DNA of 64,000 nt from Capsulimonadaceae bacterium (GTDB lineage Bacteria; Armatimonadota; Armatimonadia; Armatimonadales; Capsulimonadaceae), in NCBI GenBank assembly GCA_965215505.1, contig OZ244065.1, forward strand, positions 3,840,001 to 3,904,000, read 5' to 3'. Shown piece after piece: positions 1 through 8,651 of the stretch. The notes under the pieces were generated by a model. It saw only the letters and a program-made list of their open reading frames with translations, was not told the origin of the DNA and made no database searches. Position 1 is the stretch's first letter; each line of letters begins with the position of its first letter. A program made the position numbers and the translations under genes.

Positions 1-178
1 CGACGCGGGCCGCGCCGATGTCCCTGGCCTTCAAAATGGCGTCGTCCAGCACGAACACGCCGATGACGCGGGCGTTCTCGCGCAGGGCGCGGTACAGGGC
101 GGTGTTGTCTTGCAGGCGCAGGTCACGCCGGAACCACATCAGGGCGGTGGTCTGGTTAGTAGTCGAAGTCGTTGCCAC
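1..178 (-). CDS. phrB: DNA photolyase/cryptochrome family, N-terminal part (runs off window)
   Basis: Manual translation from GTG 178: ...TALMWFRRDLRLQDNTALYRALRENARVIGVFVLD; WFRRDLRLxDNxAL is the photolyase N-terminal signature. Confidence 0.85.
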   Translation of the reverse strand, partial: MATTSTTNQTTALMWFRRDLRLQDNTALYRALRENARVIGVFVLDDAILKARDIGAARV

Positions 179-331
179 GTTTGGTTGTCGGTTCTAAGCG
201 GCGCGGGGCCGCGTGGTGGTCTTGTCAAGTAGTGTCTTCGCGGTGTCGGAAACCATGCCATGAATGGCACGGCTATACGGCCTTCGGCCAGAAAGCACCG
301 CTCCGCGGGGCTAAGAAAGGGACAATCCTGT

Positions 332-934
332 TCAAAGCACCCCGAACGCCTCCTGGTATCTTTCCCAAATCGCCGCCTCATGGCGCAGGGCATACGCCTC
401 GGCATAGGATTCGCCCCGGCTGGCGCGGGCCTTGGATTTGGTCGTCATCCGGTCGTGGTGGTGGCCGAGTTCGTGCAGCAGGATGTGGAGCAGTTGGTAG
501 GCCCGCGCCTGCGGCTCGGTGAACTCGCACATCACGCCGTTCTCGATGGGATGGCTGCGGACTCCCAGGCGGTCGAAGAGCGCCTTATGATCCTCGTAAT
601 GGCTCGTGGCATAGTCCACCCACAGGTCGTCCTCCCAGGCGCAGATGTGGACGACGCCGGGTTCATGCCAGCCGTTTGTCGTCCGCTCGCCCGGAGCCAG
701 CACGATGGCGTTGAGGCCGCGCGACAGCTCTCCCCATTCAGGCAGCAGGGCGATGAAGGTTTCGATGTCGCGCTGCATCAGGAGGTGCCGGTAGCCCTTG
801 CCGGGCCGCTGGCGGTCGATCACCAGGGCGGGCGGGGGCGTGTCGTAGTAGGAGGGAGATGTCTCCGGGTTGTTCTTCTTCTGGACCTGGCCGCCGACGA
901 CTTTCGGGGTGGCCTTGCGGTTGATGTGTCTCAT
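332..934 (-). CDS. Hypothetical protein with HExxH zincin-like motif
   Basis: LLHELGHHHD motif; start moved to MRHINRK because the upstream extension runs into a repeat element. Confidence 0.65.
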   Translation of the reverse strand: MRHINRKATPKVVGGQVQKKNNPETSPSYYDTPPPALVIDRQRPGKGYRHLLMQRDIETFIALLPEWGELSRGLNAIVLAPGERTTNGWHEPGVVHICAWEDDLWVDYATSHYEDHKALFDRLGVRSHPIENGVMCEFTEPQARAYQLLHILLHELGHHHDRMTTKSKARASRGESYAEAYALRHEAAIWERYQEAFGVL

Positions 935-961
935 GGGTTGATCCCTGGACGGAACGGATGG

Positions 962-1164
962 CACTGGGCTGAACCCCCGTGCTGTAGAAGTGCAAGCCCC
1001 CGCCTTTCACTCCGCTACGGAGCGCAGCGACTAGGAGGCGCGGGCGAGGATTCAGGAGGGCGCGGCCCCATAAGAGGGCGCGGCAAGCGGTGCCCCTACG
1101 GTTCCTTCCGATGCCCGCGAAGGCGGGGATTTGCTCTACCGAAGCCCAGGGGTTCAGCCCTGGG
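962..1164. repeat. Composite REP/REPIN-like element, family A, with nested GTAG-type palindrome
   Basis: Terminal palindromes GGGCTGAACCCCCGTG and CCCAGGGGTTCAGCCCTGGG; 990-1052 is a near-exact reverse complement of 13302-13363; GAGGGCGCGGCAAGCGGTGCCCCTAC inside. Confidence 0.8.
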
Positions 1165-1897
1165 TATCTTTCTGCCCCAGCGCCTCCAGTACCCACCGCG
1201 CCCGCCGCCGGACGGCCCCGTCCTCCCGCGCCAGCAGCATCAGAGCCGGCAGATCGTCATTCAAGGACCGGGCGCTGGGCCATGCCCGTGTCAGCCGCCG
1301 ATTGAGTTGTTCCCGGAGTTCGGGCGAGTCCACTTTGCGCGCCAGTCGGCAATAAGCCCTGAACTCGCGCCCGTCGCGCTGGTCCACCATGTTCAGAACG
1401 ACGGTCTGCAAACGCCCGACCAACTTTGGAGGCAAGTCGAGCCGGTTGATGGCGGGAATGATATCCTCTTTGGCGTAGCCAGAGCCATAAAAAATGGGGT
1501 CTGCTTCCAAGAAAGCGACCGCAGATTCCAAGTATGTCCGGTCGCCACCGCACAAAAGCTCCATGCCCTGCCAGAAGTCCCAATCATACCGGGCCACTTC
1601 TGCCGGGATGATCTCCCGCGAGAAGTACTGCGCGGGAAGTGTGACATGCGCTTTGTAGAGCGTATACTTCTGCCGGACTGCCTCCACCCAATCTTGCCAG
1701 CCTTGGGGCGTGTCAAAGCGCAAAGGCCGTGTTTCCGTGACACGCCTGTGGGCCGCATTCAGTTCTTGACTGATGGCTTTGATCTCGGCGACAGTCGGCT
1801 CCGGCCTCTGGAACAGAGGCGGGCCTTTCGATTCCGGCTCATGCTTCGGCTTTGACGCCTCAGTCCCAGGTACTTTGCGTCTGTTGTGCGCTTTCAC
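1154..1897 (-). CDS. Hypothetical protein
   Basis: GTG start overlaps the GNAT stop (GTGA); protein-like sequence with FLEADPIFYGSGYAKE; stop falls in the repeat palindrome. Confidence 0.7.
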   Translation of the reverse strand: MKAHNRRKVPGTEASKPKHEPESKGPPLFQRPEPTVAEIKAISQELNAAHRRVTETRPLRFDTPQGWQDWVEAVRQKYTLYKAHVTLPAQYFSREIIPAEVARYDWDFWQGMELLCGGDRTYLESAVAFLEADPIFYGSGYAKEDIIPAINRLDLPPKLVGRLQTVVLNMVDQRDGREFRAYCRLARKVDSPELREQLNRRLTRAWPSARSLNDDLPALMLLAREDGAVRRRARWVLEALGQKDTQG

Positions 1898-2898
1898 CCG
1901 TCCGCGTCCATCACCTTGTTGTAGCTCACCATCGTCGGCTCGGGCTGGAAGCCGAACTTGCGGTTGATGGCGAGCATCGGGGCGTTGTCCTCGTGGTTCT
2001 CGGTCGTCATGATCGTCACGCCCGCCTCGCGGGCCTTCTCGTAGGCGACCACCTTCAGGGCCGTCGCCAGCCCGTGGCCCCGGTGCCCCTTGACCACGCC
2101 GGTCAGCCACTGCATGCCGACGTGGGGAGTCTCGGCCTTGGGGGCGACGTGGCACTCGCCCACCCACTCGCCGTTGACCTCGGCCAGCAGGACCAGTTCC
2201 GGCTTCCACTCGGGGCGCTCGACGACGAACTTGCGCCAGTCCTCGAACGGCTCCATCGTGAACGGCTGCTCGTCGCGGCGCGGGATGTCATAAATTAACG
2301 GCACCTCCAGGTCGTAGTAGCGGCGTAGGTTCGCCTCCGTCTCGCCCGCCTCGGCCAGCGTGAAGAGGCGCGCGCCGTAGGCTTCCGCCTGGGCGACGGA
2401 CGGCAGGAAGGGGGTGGGGTCCCAGCGGGTCAGGTCCAGGAAGGAGGGCGTCTCGCGCTCCTGCTCGGCGAAGCCGCGCGCCTGCAAGAAGGCGATGGCC
2501 GGCTCCTCGGGGGTCCACTCGCGGAACGAGGTCACCATGCGCTTCGCGCCGCGCTGGCGGGCGAAGTCCACGGCCTTCTCGTAGAGCATCCCGCCGATGC
2601 CTCGCCGACGGGACTCGTGGGCGACGGAGATCGAGAAGTCGCAGACGTCCTTCATCTTGAACCCGGTCGTGTTCAGGTCGCTGGCATCCAGGTAGGCGAG
2701 GGCCTGGTCGGTTCCGGGGTCGGGGACGACGAGCCGGATGTCCACCTGCTCGGGCTTGCGCTGCTTGTCGCGCCGCGCCCAGGCGGCGACGGTGCCCTGC
2801 CGGTGCGGGGGGCGGTCGCGGTTGCCGATGGCGAGGATGGCCTCGCGGTCTTCGGGGCGGAACGGGCGTGTCTCGAACTTGGCATCGAACTCGGGCAT
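1894..2898 (-). CDS. Tandem GNAT N-acetyltransferase
   Basis: Two acetyl-CoA motifs (RRRGIGG, HRGHGLA) and NAPMLAINRKFGF. Confidence 0.92.
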   Translation of the reverse strand: MPEFDAKFETRPFRPEDREAILAIGNRDRPPHRQGTVAAWARRDKQRKPEQVDIRLVVPDPGTDQALAYLDASDLNTTGFKMKDVCDFSISVAHESRRRGIGGMLYEKAVDFARQRGAKRMVTSFREWTPEEPAIAFLQARGFAEQERETPSFLDLTRWDPTPFLPSVAQAEAYGARLFTLAEAGETEANLRRYYDLEVPLIYDIPRRDEQPFTMEPFEDWRKFVVERPEWKPELVLLAEVNGEWVGECHVAPKAETPHVGMQWLTGVVKGHRGHGLATALKVVAYEKAREAGVTIMTTENHEDNAPMLAINRKFGFQPEPTMVSYNKVMDADG

Positions 2899-2907
2899 GG
2901 GTGTCTC

Positions 2908-3861
2908 CTAAAGGTCTTTACTATAGCTGACGCCGGGGGCGTCGGGGACGAACCCCAGCTTGCGGTTGATGGCGCGCATCGGGGCGTTGTCCTCGTGGTT
3001 CTCGGTCGTGATGAGCGGGCAGCCGCGCGCCAGGGCGGCGTCGATCGCCCGCAGTTTCAGGGCGAGCGCGATGCCCCTGCCCCGGTAGGCGGGCAGGACG
3101 CCGGTGATGTTTGTCCAGGCGATGTTCGTGGCCTCCTGGAAGGCCAGCGCGCTCACGCCGACCCACTCGCCGCTGCCGATGTCTTCGGCGAGGATGATGG
3201 CGCGCGGGTCGTACTCGGGGCCTTCGGAATACTTGACCCACTCTTCGAATGCGGGGTGTTCGGGCATGACGTCATGGGTGGGGATGTCCCGCACGACCTG
3301 GGCGTCGAGCGCCCAGACCTTGCGCCGGTCCTGCTCCGAATCGCCCGCCTCGGCCAGAGACAGCAGCCGGATTCCTTCGGGCGCGGGCGGGACGAAGGCG
3401 GACGGGTCGAAGGTCGTCAGGTCCAGCATGACGGGCACTTCCCGGTCCACTTCGGCGAAGCCGCGCTTCTCCAGGAAGCGGACGGCCGGCTCGTCCGGCT
3501 CGAACAGGCTGACATAGGTCGTGGCCCGCGTCAGGCCGCGCTGGCGGGCGAACTCCAGGGCTTTCTCGTAGAGCGCGCCGCCGATGCCCCGGCGCTGATG
3601 GCCCTTCTCGACCCATAGGCCGATCCCGCAGACGCCGGGCTTGCACCACGGGGACGTGCCCCGGTCGGTGGCGTTGAGGTAGGCGACGGCCGGCTCGCCG
3701 ACGCACAGGCGCAGGTAGACCTCGTCGGCGGAGCGCAGGGCGTCCTCCCGCTCCCACTCGGCGACGGTTTCCTGATGATGCGCCGGCCTGCGCGCGTTGC
3801 GGAACGCGACGATGGCCGCGCGGTCTTCGTCCCGGAAGGGCCGAACGATGATGTCTGTCAT
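2908..3861 (-). CDS. Tandem GNAT N-acetyltransferase, paralog of 1894-2898
   Basis: QRRGIGG, YRGRGIA, TENHEDNAPMRAINRKLGF; start MTDIIVRPF overlaps the MFS stop. Confidence 0.92.
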   Translation of the reverse strand: MTDIIVRPFRDEDRAAIVAFRNARRPAHHQETVAEWEREDALRSADEVYLRLCVGEPAVAYLNATDRGTSPWCKPGVCGIGLWVEKGHQRRGIGGALYEKALEFARQRGLTRATTYVSLFEPDEPAVRFLEKRGFAEVDREVPVMLDLTTFDPSAFVPPAPEGIRLLSLAEAGDSEQDRRKVWALDAQVVRDIPTHDVMPEHPAFEEWVKYSEGPEYDPRAIILAEDIGSGEWVGVSALAFQEATNIAWTNITGVLPAYRGRGIALALKLRAIDAALARGCPLITTENHEDNAPMRAINRKLGFVPDAPGVSYSKDL

Positions 3862-5117
3862 GGCGTTGTCTCCTTGCCCGCGTTTCGCAGGGCGGTGTGG
3901 AACGTCGCCGCCAGGCATAGCAGGCCCTGGGGCACGAACGTGATCAGAATGGCCGGGATGGGGCCGTATCTTTGCAGCAGCCACCCGGTCACGGCCAGCC
4001 CGACCGGGCCGCTGCTGAAGGCGATGAGGCGAAAAACGCTGTTGACGCGCCCCTGCAGGGCGTCGGGGATCTGTCCCAGGCGGTAGGCGTACTGCGTGCC
4101 CAAAAAGACGGGCACGACGATGAAAGAGAGGGCGTTGACCACGCCCAGCACGATCAAAGACGGGGCCAGGGCGTACCAGAGCCAGGTCACGGCCCACACC
4201 CAGGCCGCGCCGATCAGCAGCGGCCCGAACCGGAACCGCTTCTGCAAGGGGATCGCCAGCAGCGAGCCGACGATGCCGCCCGCCCCGCCGGTCGCCAGCA
4301 GCAGGCCGACGGCGACCGGCCCGGCCCCGAACCGCTGCGCCTGCACGATCAGGATGAGCGCCCAGCCCGCACAGGACATCATCAGAACCCCGGTCAGCAG
4401 GGCGACGAAGCGGATGACCGCGTGGGCATGCAGCCACCGCAGGCCCTCCTTGATCTCTGCGGTCAGGTTCGGGACGTGGTCGTCGGCGAGCGGCGCGGGC
4501 CGGACGTCCGTGCGGAGCGTCAGCAGGGCGACGATGGAGAACAGGTACGAGACGGCGTCGGTGAGGAACGGCACGCCCCGGCCCAGCCCGTACAGCAGGC
4601 CACCGAGCGACGGCCCGATCAGGCCGGAGACGCCGTAGATGGCCTCGTTCTGCGCCACCGCCGCGCCGAGCTGCTCTTTGGTGACGACCCGGACCAGGCA
4701 GTTCGACTCGGCCTGGTTGAAGAACACGAACAGGGTCCCCTCCACGAAGGTCACCGCGAACAGCATCCACAGCGCGAGGTGGCCCAGGGCCAGCGCGACC
4801 GGGACGCTCGCCAGGGCCAGGGCGCGGCCCGTGTCGCAGGCGATCATGACCCGGCGCGGGTCCCAGCGGTCCACGAGTGCCCCGGCGGGCAGGACCAGCA
4901 GGAAGTACGGCACCCCGCGCAGGGCCGCCAGCAGGCCGGCCTTCGCGGGCGAGTGGGTCAGGGCCAGGATCAGCAGCGGCAGGGCGAGCTGCGACACCTG
5001 CGAGCCGACGGCCGAGGCCGCCTGCCCGCCCCACAGCCGCCAAAAATCGCGGTTCCGCCGGAGCGAACCGGCGGGCGACGCTCCACCCACGGGAGTCTTG
5101 GAGAGGGTCAGCGCCAT
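3858..5117 (-). CDS. MFS transporter (MFS_3/DHA3-like)
   Basis: About 12 hydrophobic segments; LRRNRDFWRLW and GALVDRWDPRRVM motif A. Confidence 0.9.
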   Translation of the reverse strand: MALTLSKTPVGGASPAGSLRRNRDFWRLWGGQAASAVGSQVSQLALPLLILALTHSPAKAGLLAALRGVPYFLLVLPAGALVDRWDPRRVMIACDTGRALALASVPVALALGHLALWMLFAVTFVEGTLFVFFNQAESNCLVRVVTKEQLGAAVAQNEAIYGVSGLIGPSLGGLLYGLGRGVPFLTDAVSYLFSIVALLTLRTDVRPAPLADDHVPNLTAEIKEGLRWLHAHAVIRFVALLTGVLMMSCAGWALILIVQAQRFGAGPVAVGLLLATGGAGGIVGSLLAIPLQKRFRFGPLLIGAAWVWAVTWLWYALAPSLIVLGVVNALSFIVVPVFLGTQYAYRLGQIPDALQGRVNSVFRLIAFSSGPVGLAVTGWLLQRYGPIPAILITFVPQGLLCLAATFHTALRNAGKETTP

Positions 5118-5725
5118 GGCGTCGCCTCCACAGGCCGCTGCCGATAGGGGCGGGCTTGCGTGTCCTCAATGGCCGGGCCGAGGAGGTCCGCCAGGATGCC
5201 CGCGATGTTGCGGGCATCATCGCCGCCCCGGTGGTGGGTGCCAGCCAGGGGCCGCTCTAGTATCCTTAAAGCCGCCGCCATGCCGACCTCGCGGCGCAGG
5301 CCGTGCGCCCGCGCGAACAGGCTCTTGACGTTCAGGTGCGCCTCGCCGAACGGGTAGGGGACCTCGAATGACGCGCACTGCCGCACGAACTGCTTGCGGT
5401 CGTAGTCGCCGTAGCTGGCCCAGGCCCCTGCCCGCGAGTCCAGCGCCTCCACCAGGAACCGGCAGGCTTCCCCGAAGGGGATGCCCTCCTCCACTTGCGC
5501 CTGCGTCAGCGTCGTCAGGTCGGTGCAGAAGGCGCTCACGCGCGACCGCTGCGGCCTGACCAGGAGCGAGCCTTCCCGGCGGACTTCTCCCAGGGGGACG
5601 TCCAGAAGCGCGTAGCCGATTTCGATGATCTCGGCCTGCTGCCCCGGCGGCGGGGTCGTCTCCCAGCAGGTCGCCTCTACGTCAATCACCAGCACGGTTG
5701 GTGGGGTGAGTGTTCTCAACGTCAT
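5108..5725 (-). CDS. DEDDh 3'-5' exonuclease (KapD/ERI1-like)
   Basis: VIDVEATCW, EIIEIG, YGDYD, HHRGGDDARN motifs. Confidence 0.88.
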   Translation of the reverse strand: MTLRTLTPPTVLVIDVEATCWETTPPPGQQAEIIEIGYALLDVPLGEVRREGSLLVRPQRSRVSAFCTDLTTLTQAQVEEGIPFGEACRFLVEALDSRAGAWASYGDYDRKQFVRQCASFEVPYPFGEAHLNVKSLFARAHGLRREVGMAAALRILERPLAGTHHRGGDDARNIAGILADLLGPAIEDTQARPYRQRPVEATPWR

Positions 5726-6293
5726 GGTTCTCTCTTATCATCTTCTGCCGCGCCTTTGCGGCGTCAACGGCGGCCTGCCGGCGGGTGGGACTCAGTCGCT
5801 CTAGGGCGCTCCAGGCCTCGCGCACGACCTTGAGGTTCGTGTCGGCCGCCACGACCCGTTCCAGGGCGGCGACAGAACGCGGGTCGGTGGGCCGGTTCCC
5901 CAAGCCGTAGACCGCCTCACGGCGGACGCGCGGCGTCGGGTCGTGCAGGGCTAGGCCGATCAGGGTCTCGGTCAAGTCGGCTCGGAGCGGGGCGGGCTTG
6001 CAACGCTGGCAGGCGAGCGAGTGGACCGCCTGACGCCGCACGGACGGAACGGGGTCGTCCAGCAAGTTGCAGAGGGCGGGAACGTCTTCCTCGCGCCCAA
6101 GATGGTCGTAGAAGTCGGCGCAGGCCGCCCGGACGCGCGGGCGTGGGTGTTCCAGTCCCGACCGCACCGCCGCCCGCCCGGCCTCGCCCGCCTCGGCGAG
6201 CGCCCGGAAGGCCGCGCCGACATCGGTCCAATCCCGCCCGCCAAGCCGCTCGACGAGGGGCAGCAAGGCTTCGGTCTCGGTGGCCTTGTTCAT
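5682..6293 (-). CDS. HEAT-repeat protein
   Basis: Repeated HPRPRVRAAC, DPVPSVRRQAVHSL, DPTPRVRREAVYGL. Confidence 0.85.
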   Translation of the reverse strand: MNKATETEALLPLVERLGGRDWTDVGAAFRALAEAGEAGRAAVRSGLEHPRPRVRAACADFYDHLGREEDVPALCNLLDDPVPSVRRQAVHSLACQRCKPAPLRADLTETLIGLALHDPTPRVRREAVYGLGNRPTDPRSVAALERVVAADTNLKVVREAWSALERLSPTRRQAAVDAAKARQKMIRENHDVENTHPTNRAGD

Positions 6294-6496
6294 GGCGTTC
6301 CCTCCGGCGCGGCCTCGCCTGCCGGTCGCCCGCGCCTCGCGAGGGCGTCCAGGACCAGCCGCGCCGCCGCCTCGCTGGCGGCGACCTGCCGGGCCAGCCG
6401 CTCGTAGGCGATGTGGCGGCGGGCCGACTCGGCGAGGGAGCCGGGCTGGTCGTGTGTCTGTGGTTGTTGGTCTTGTCTTTCTTCTATGGTTTTCAT
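6290..6496 (-). CDS. Small hypothetical protein
   Basis: 68-aa ORF with ATGA coupling to the HEAT gene. Confidence 0.55.
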   Translation of the reverse strand: MKTIEERQDQQPQTHDQPGSLAESARRHIAYERLARQVAASEAAARLVLDALARRGRPAGEAAPEGTP

Positions 6497-6580
6497 GGTG
6501 TGGTTTCAGGCGCTTCGCAGGTATCGGGTTCAGGACGTCTTGCCCTCCCCTCCTGCTCCGAAGAAGCGGGAACCAGGAGG

Positions 6581-7201
6581 TCAGGGCTGTAGTAGGTGCC
6601 GCACCAGTTGATAGACCTCCGTGGAGGCATTGCTGGCCCGGCAGGGCGCATTATCGTGGAAGGTTTCCAGCCCCCACTGCGCGTTGTCTAATGCGGCACT
6701 CACTCGGTCCGCCAGCTTGATGTACAATCTTGGGTCGCCCTTCTCGTAGTCGCCGCCGATGTGCTTCCGCCAGTGCGTGTTCAGGTACGCTTCCGCCGCG
6801 CTGCCGTCGGCGAAATCCCGCGTGACGCGCTCGAAGTGGGCGATCAGCCACACCTCAAACGATGGATTAGACAGGAACAGGCGGATGTTGTGATCCCGCG
6901 CAAGGGCAGTGGCTTCATTCAACTTGACCTCATGCGCCGCGTGTTCCACGTCCAGCACGCACCAGACGTCATCGTATATCCGTTCGCCCAGCAGCTTGCG
7001 ACTGCCCTCCGCGATGGCTGCCTCGACCGTCACGACCGCGTTCTGGCCTTTACCGGCTCTCACCTTCACTGCCAACCGCTGCCGCACACCGCACGCTTTG
7101 CAGAGTTCATCAAGGTAATTCGGCTCCGTCTTTTGCCCTTCGCACTGAATCAAGAGGCTGCGCTTGCGTGGTCGCGGGTTCGGAATGCGCTGTGTCCTCA
7201 T
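6581..7201 (-). CDS. rloB: RloB-like protein (TOPRIM-related)
   Basis: LIQCEGQKTEPNY, VWCVLDVE, SNPSFEVWLIAHFE, NASTEVYQLV; ATGA-coupled to the upstream ATPase. Confidence 0.85.
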   Translation of the reverse strand: MRTQRIPNPRPRKRSLLIQCEGQKTEPNYLDELCKACGVRQRLAVKVRAGKGQNAVVTVEAAIAEGSRKLLGERIYDDVWCVLDVEHAAHEVKLNEATALARDHNIRLFLSNPSFEVWLIAHFERVTRDFADGSAAEAYLNTHWRKHIGGDYEKGDPRLYIKLADRVSAALDNAQWGLETFHDNAPCRASNASTEVYQLVRHLLQP

Positions 7202-8526
7202 GCCTTGGCCCTGGCCGCGAGATCGTCAAAGGCAAGACCAAGATGTGGTGTGCCGCCGTATCGCCCGGTCAGGTAGTTCCGCAGGAACGACTCCGTGTTG
7301 CGGATGGGTGGCCGGATGTCGGCCAGCGAGAAGAACGTGGAAGCGCCGTCGCACTTCTCCGCCAGCCAGATCTGGTCCCGCCGGAACAGGTCCTGATCTA
7401 ATAAGGCCGTGTCATGTGTAGTAAACAGCAGTTGTGCGCCGCTGCTGACGGCACCAGTGCTGTAGGCGTCGCGCCTCTGAAATAACTCCAGCAACCGCCG
7501 CGTCAGCAGCGGGTGCATACTGGCATCCATCTCATCCACCACGACGAATGCCCCCTTCTCCAGCGCGTCAAGGAGTGGCCCCGCGACAGCAAAAAACCGC
7601 TGTGTTCCTTGTGACTCGTCATCCTCAAAGTCGAACCTAATTGTGTTCCCCCCGCCGTCATGTCGATAAGCCACGATGCGCGGCAGTGGAACGGTGATAG
7701 TCAATTTCTTCAATGCTTGGAAAGCTTCATTGAACTGCTCCGGCATACTCGAATGTGATTCGGGCATACGCTGTACAGCAGCCTCGATCTGTATGTCTGC
7801 GATGCCGGTATCCGCGCCATTGAGCAGCGAAGAAAGGTCGTACCGCATCTCCTCCGAGTCCTGACACAGCCGCGCAGTCCGCATACTCAACGCCTTCATC
7901 TCGCTGGACAGGTCAAGCGTCTGGATGCCGTCACGGATATAACGGTAAGCAGGCCGCAATGCCTCCACCTTCTGCTGTGTCCCGACGGAAAGGGCGAGCA
8001 TGTTCCCAAGCGTCCGGCTCTTGATTTGATCTACGTCGGCCTCTTTAAAGCCGTTGAACTCCCAATCATCTTCACCAGATTTGCTGCTGAACGTGCGCCG
8101 GAACTCGCACACGATAGCTGACGCGCCTTCGCGCGTGGACGTCAGCCATTCCGAGTCCACGCGCTCCCGGTTGACGGCGAAGCCGTAGACATAGACGATG
8201 CCCTCCGTGACGAACGTGATCTCGAAGCGCGAAGGCGCTGTCCGCAGTGATGGGTCAAGGCGGAATGGCTCTGCTGCCGCAATCAGGTCGCCCTCGTTCA
8301 TGCGTGTCGCCGAGTCGCGCACGAACTCCTGCATCGCCCCGATCGCTTTGACAAAGTTGCTCTTGCCGGAGGCGTTGGCACCGAACAGGGCCGCCGCTTT
8401 CAGCAATCTGTAGCCATTACGCGGAATCAGGTTGTTCGGGTGGCGGCGCGCGCTCTCCGCCACGAAGCTCAAGGTCTGTTCCGCGCCGATGGAGCGGTAG
8501 TTGGCGACTTTGAATTGGATGATCAC
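7198..8526 (-). CDS. RloA-like ABC/AAA_21 ATPase
   Basis: VANYRSI start, Walker A GANASGKS, ESQGT signature, VVVDEMDASMHP, QLLFTTH, RRDQIWLAEK, YLTGRYGG; GTG start after AGGGAG. Confidence 0.88.
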   Translation of the reverse strand: MIIQFKVANYRSIGAEQTLSFVAESARRHPNNLIPRNGYRLLKAAALFGANASGKSNFVKAIGAMQEFVRDSATRMNEGDLIAAAEPFRLDPSLRTAPSRFEITFVTEGIVYVYGFAVNRERVDSEWLTSTREGASAIVCEFRRTFSSKSGEDDWEFNGFKEADVDQIKSRTLGNMLALSVGTQQKVEALRPAYRYIRDGIQTLDLSSEMKALSMRTARLCQDSEEMRYDLSSLLNGADTGIADIQIEAAVQRMPESHSSMPEQFNEAFQALKKLTITVPLPRIVAYRHDGGGNTIRFDFEDDESQGTQRFFAVAGPLLDALEKGAFVVVDEMDASMHPLLTRRLLELFQRRDAYSTGAVSSGAQLLFTTHDTALLDQDLFRRDQIWLAEKCDGASTFFSLADIRPPIRNTESFLRNYLTGRYGGTPHLGLAFDDLAARAKA

Positions 8527-8555
8527 GGTGTCTCCCTGGGCAGACTTTACGGTCA

Positions 8556-8632
8556 TGCAGAAAACTTGCATCGGAACTGCTTCATTCGCAGTCTACCACA
8601 AGTGGCAGCCCAATCGCTGCAATTTTTCTGCA
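8556..8632 (-). promoter_or_regulatory. Extended -10 promoter flanked by a 15-bp inverted repeat pair
   Basis: TGGTAGACT on minus at 8598-8590; TGCAGAAAACTTGCA (8556-8570) and TGCAATTTTTCTGCA (8618-8632) are 14/15 reverse complements. Confidence 0.55.
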
Positions 8633-8651
8633 CGGCGCGCGACGAAACACT

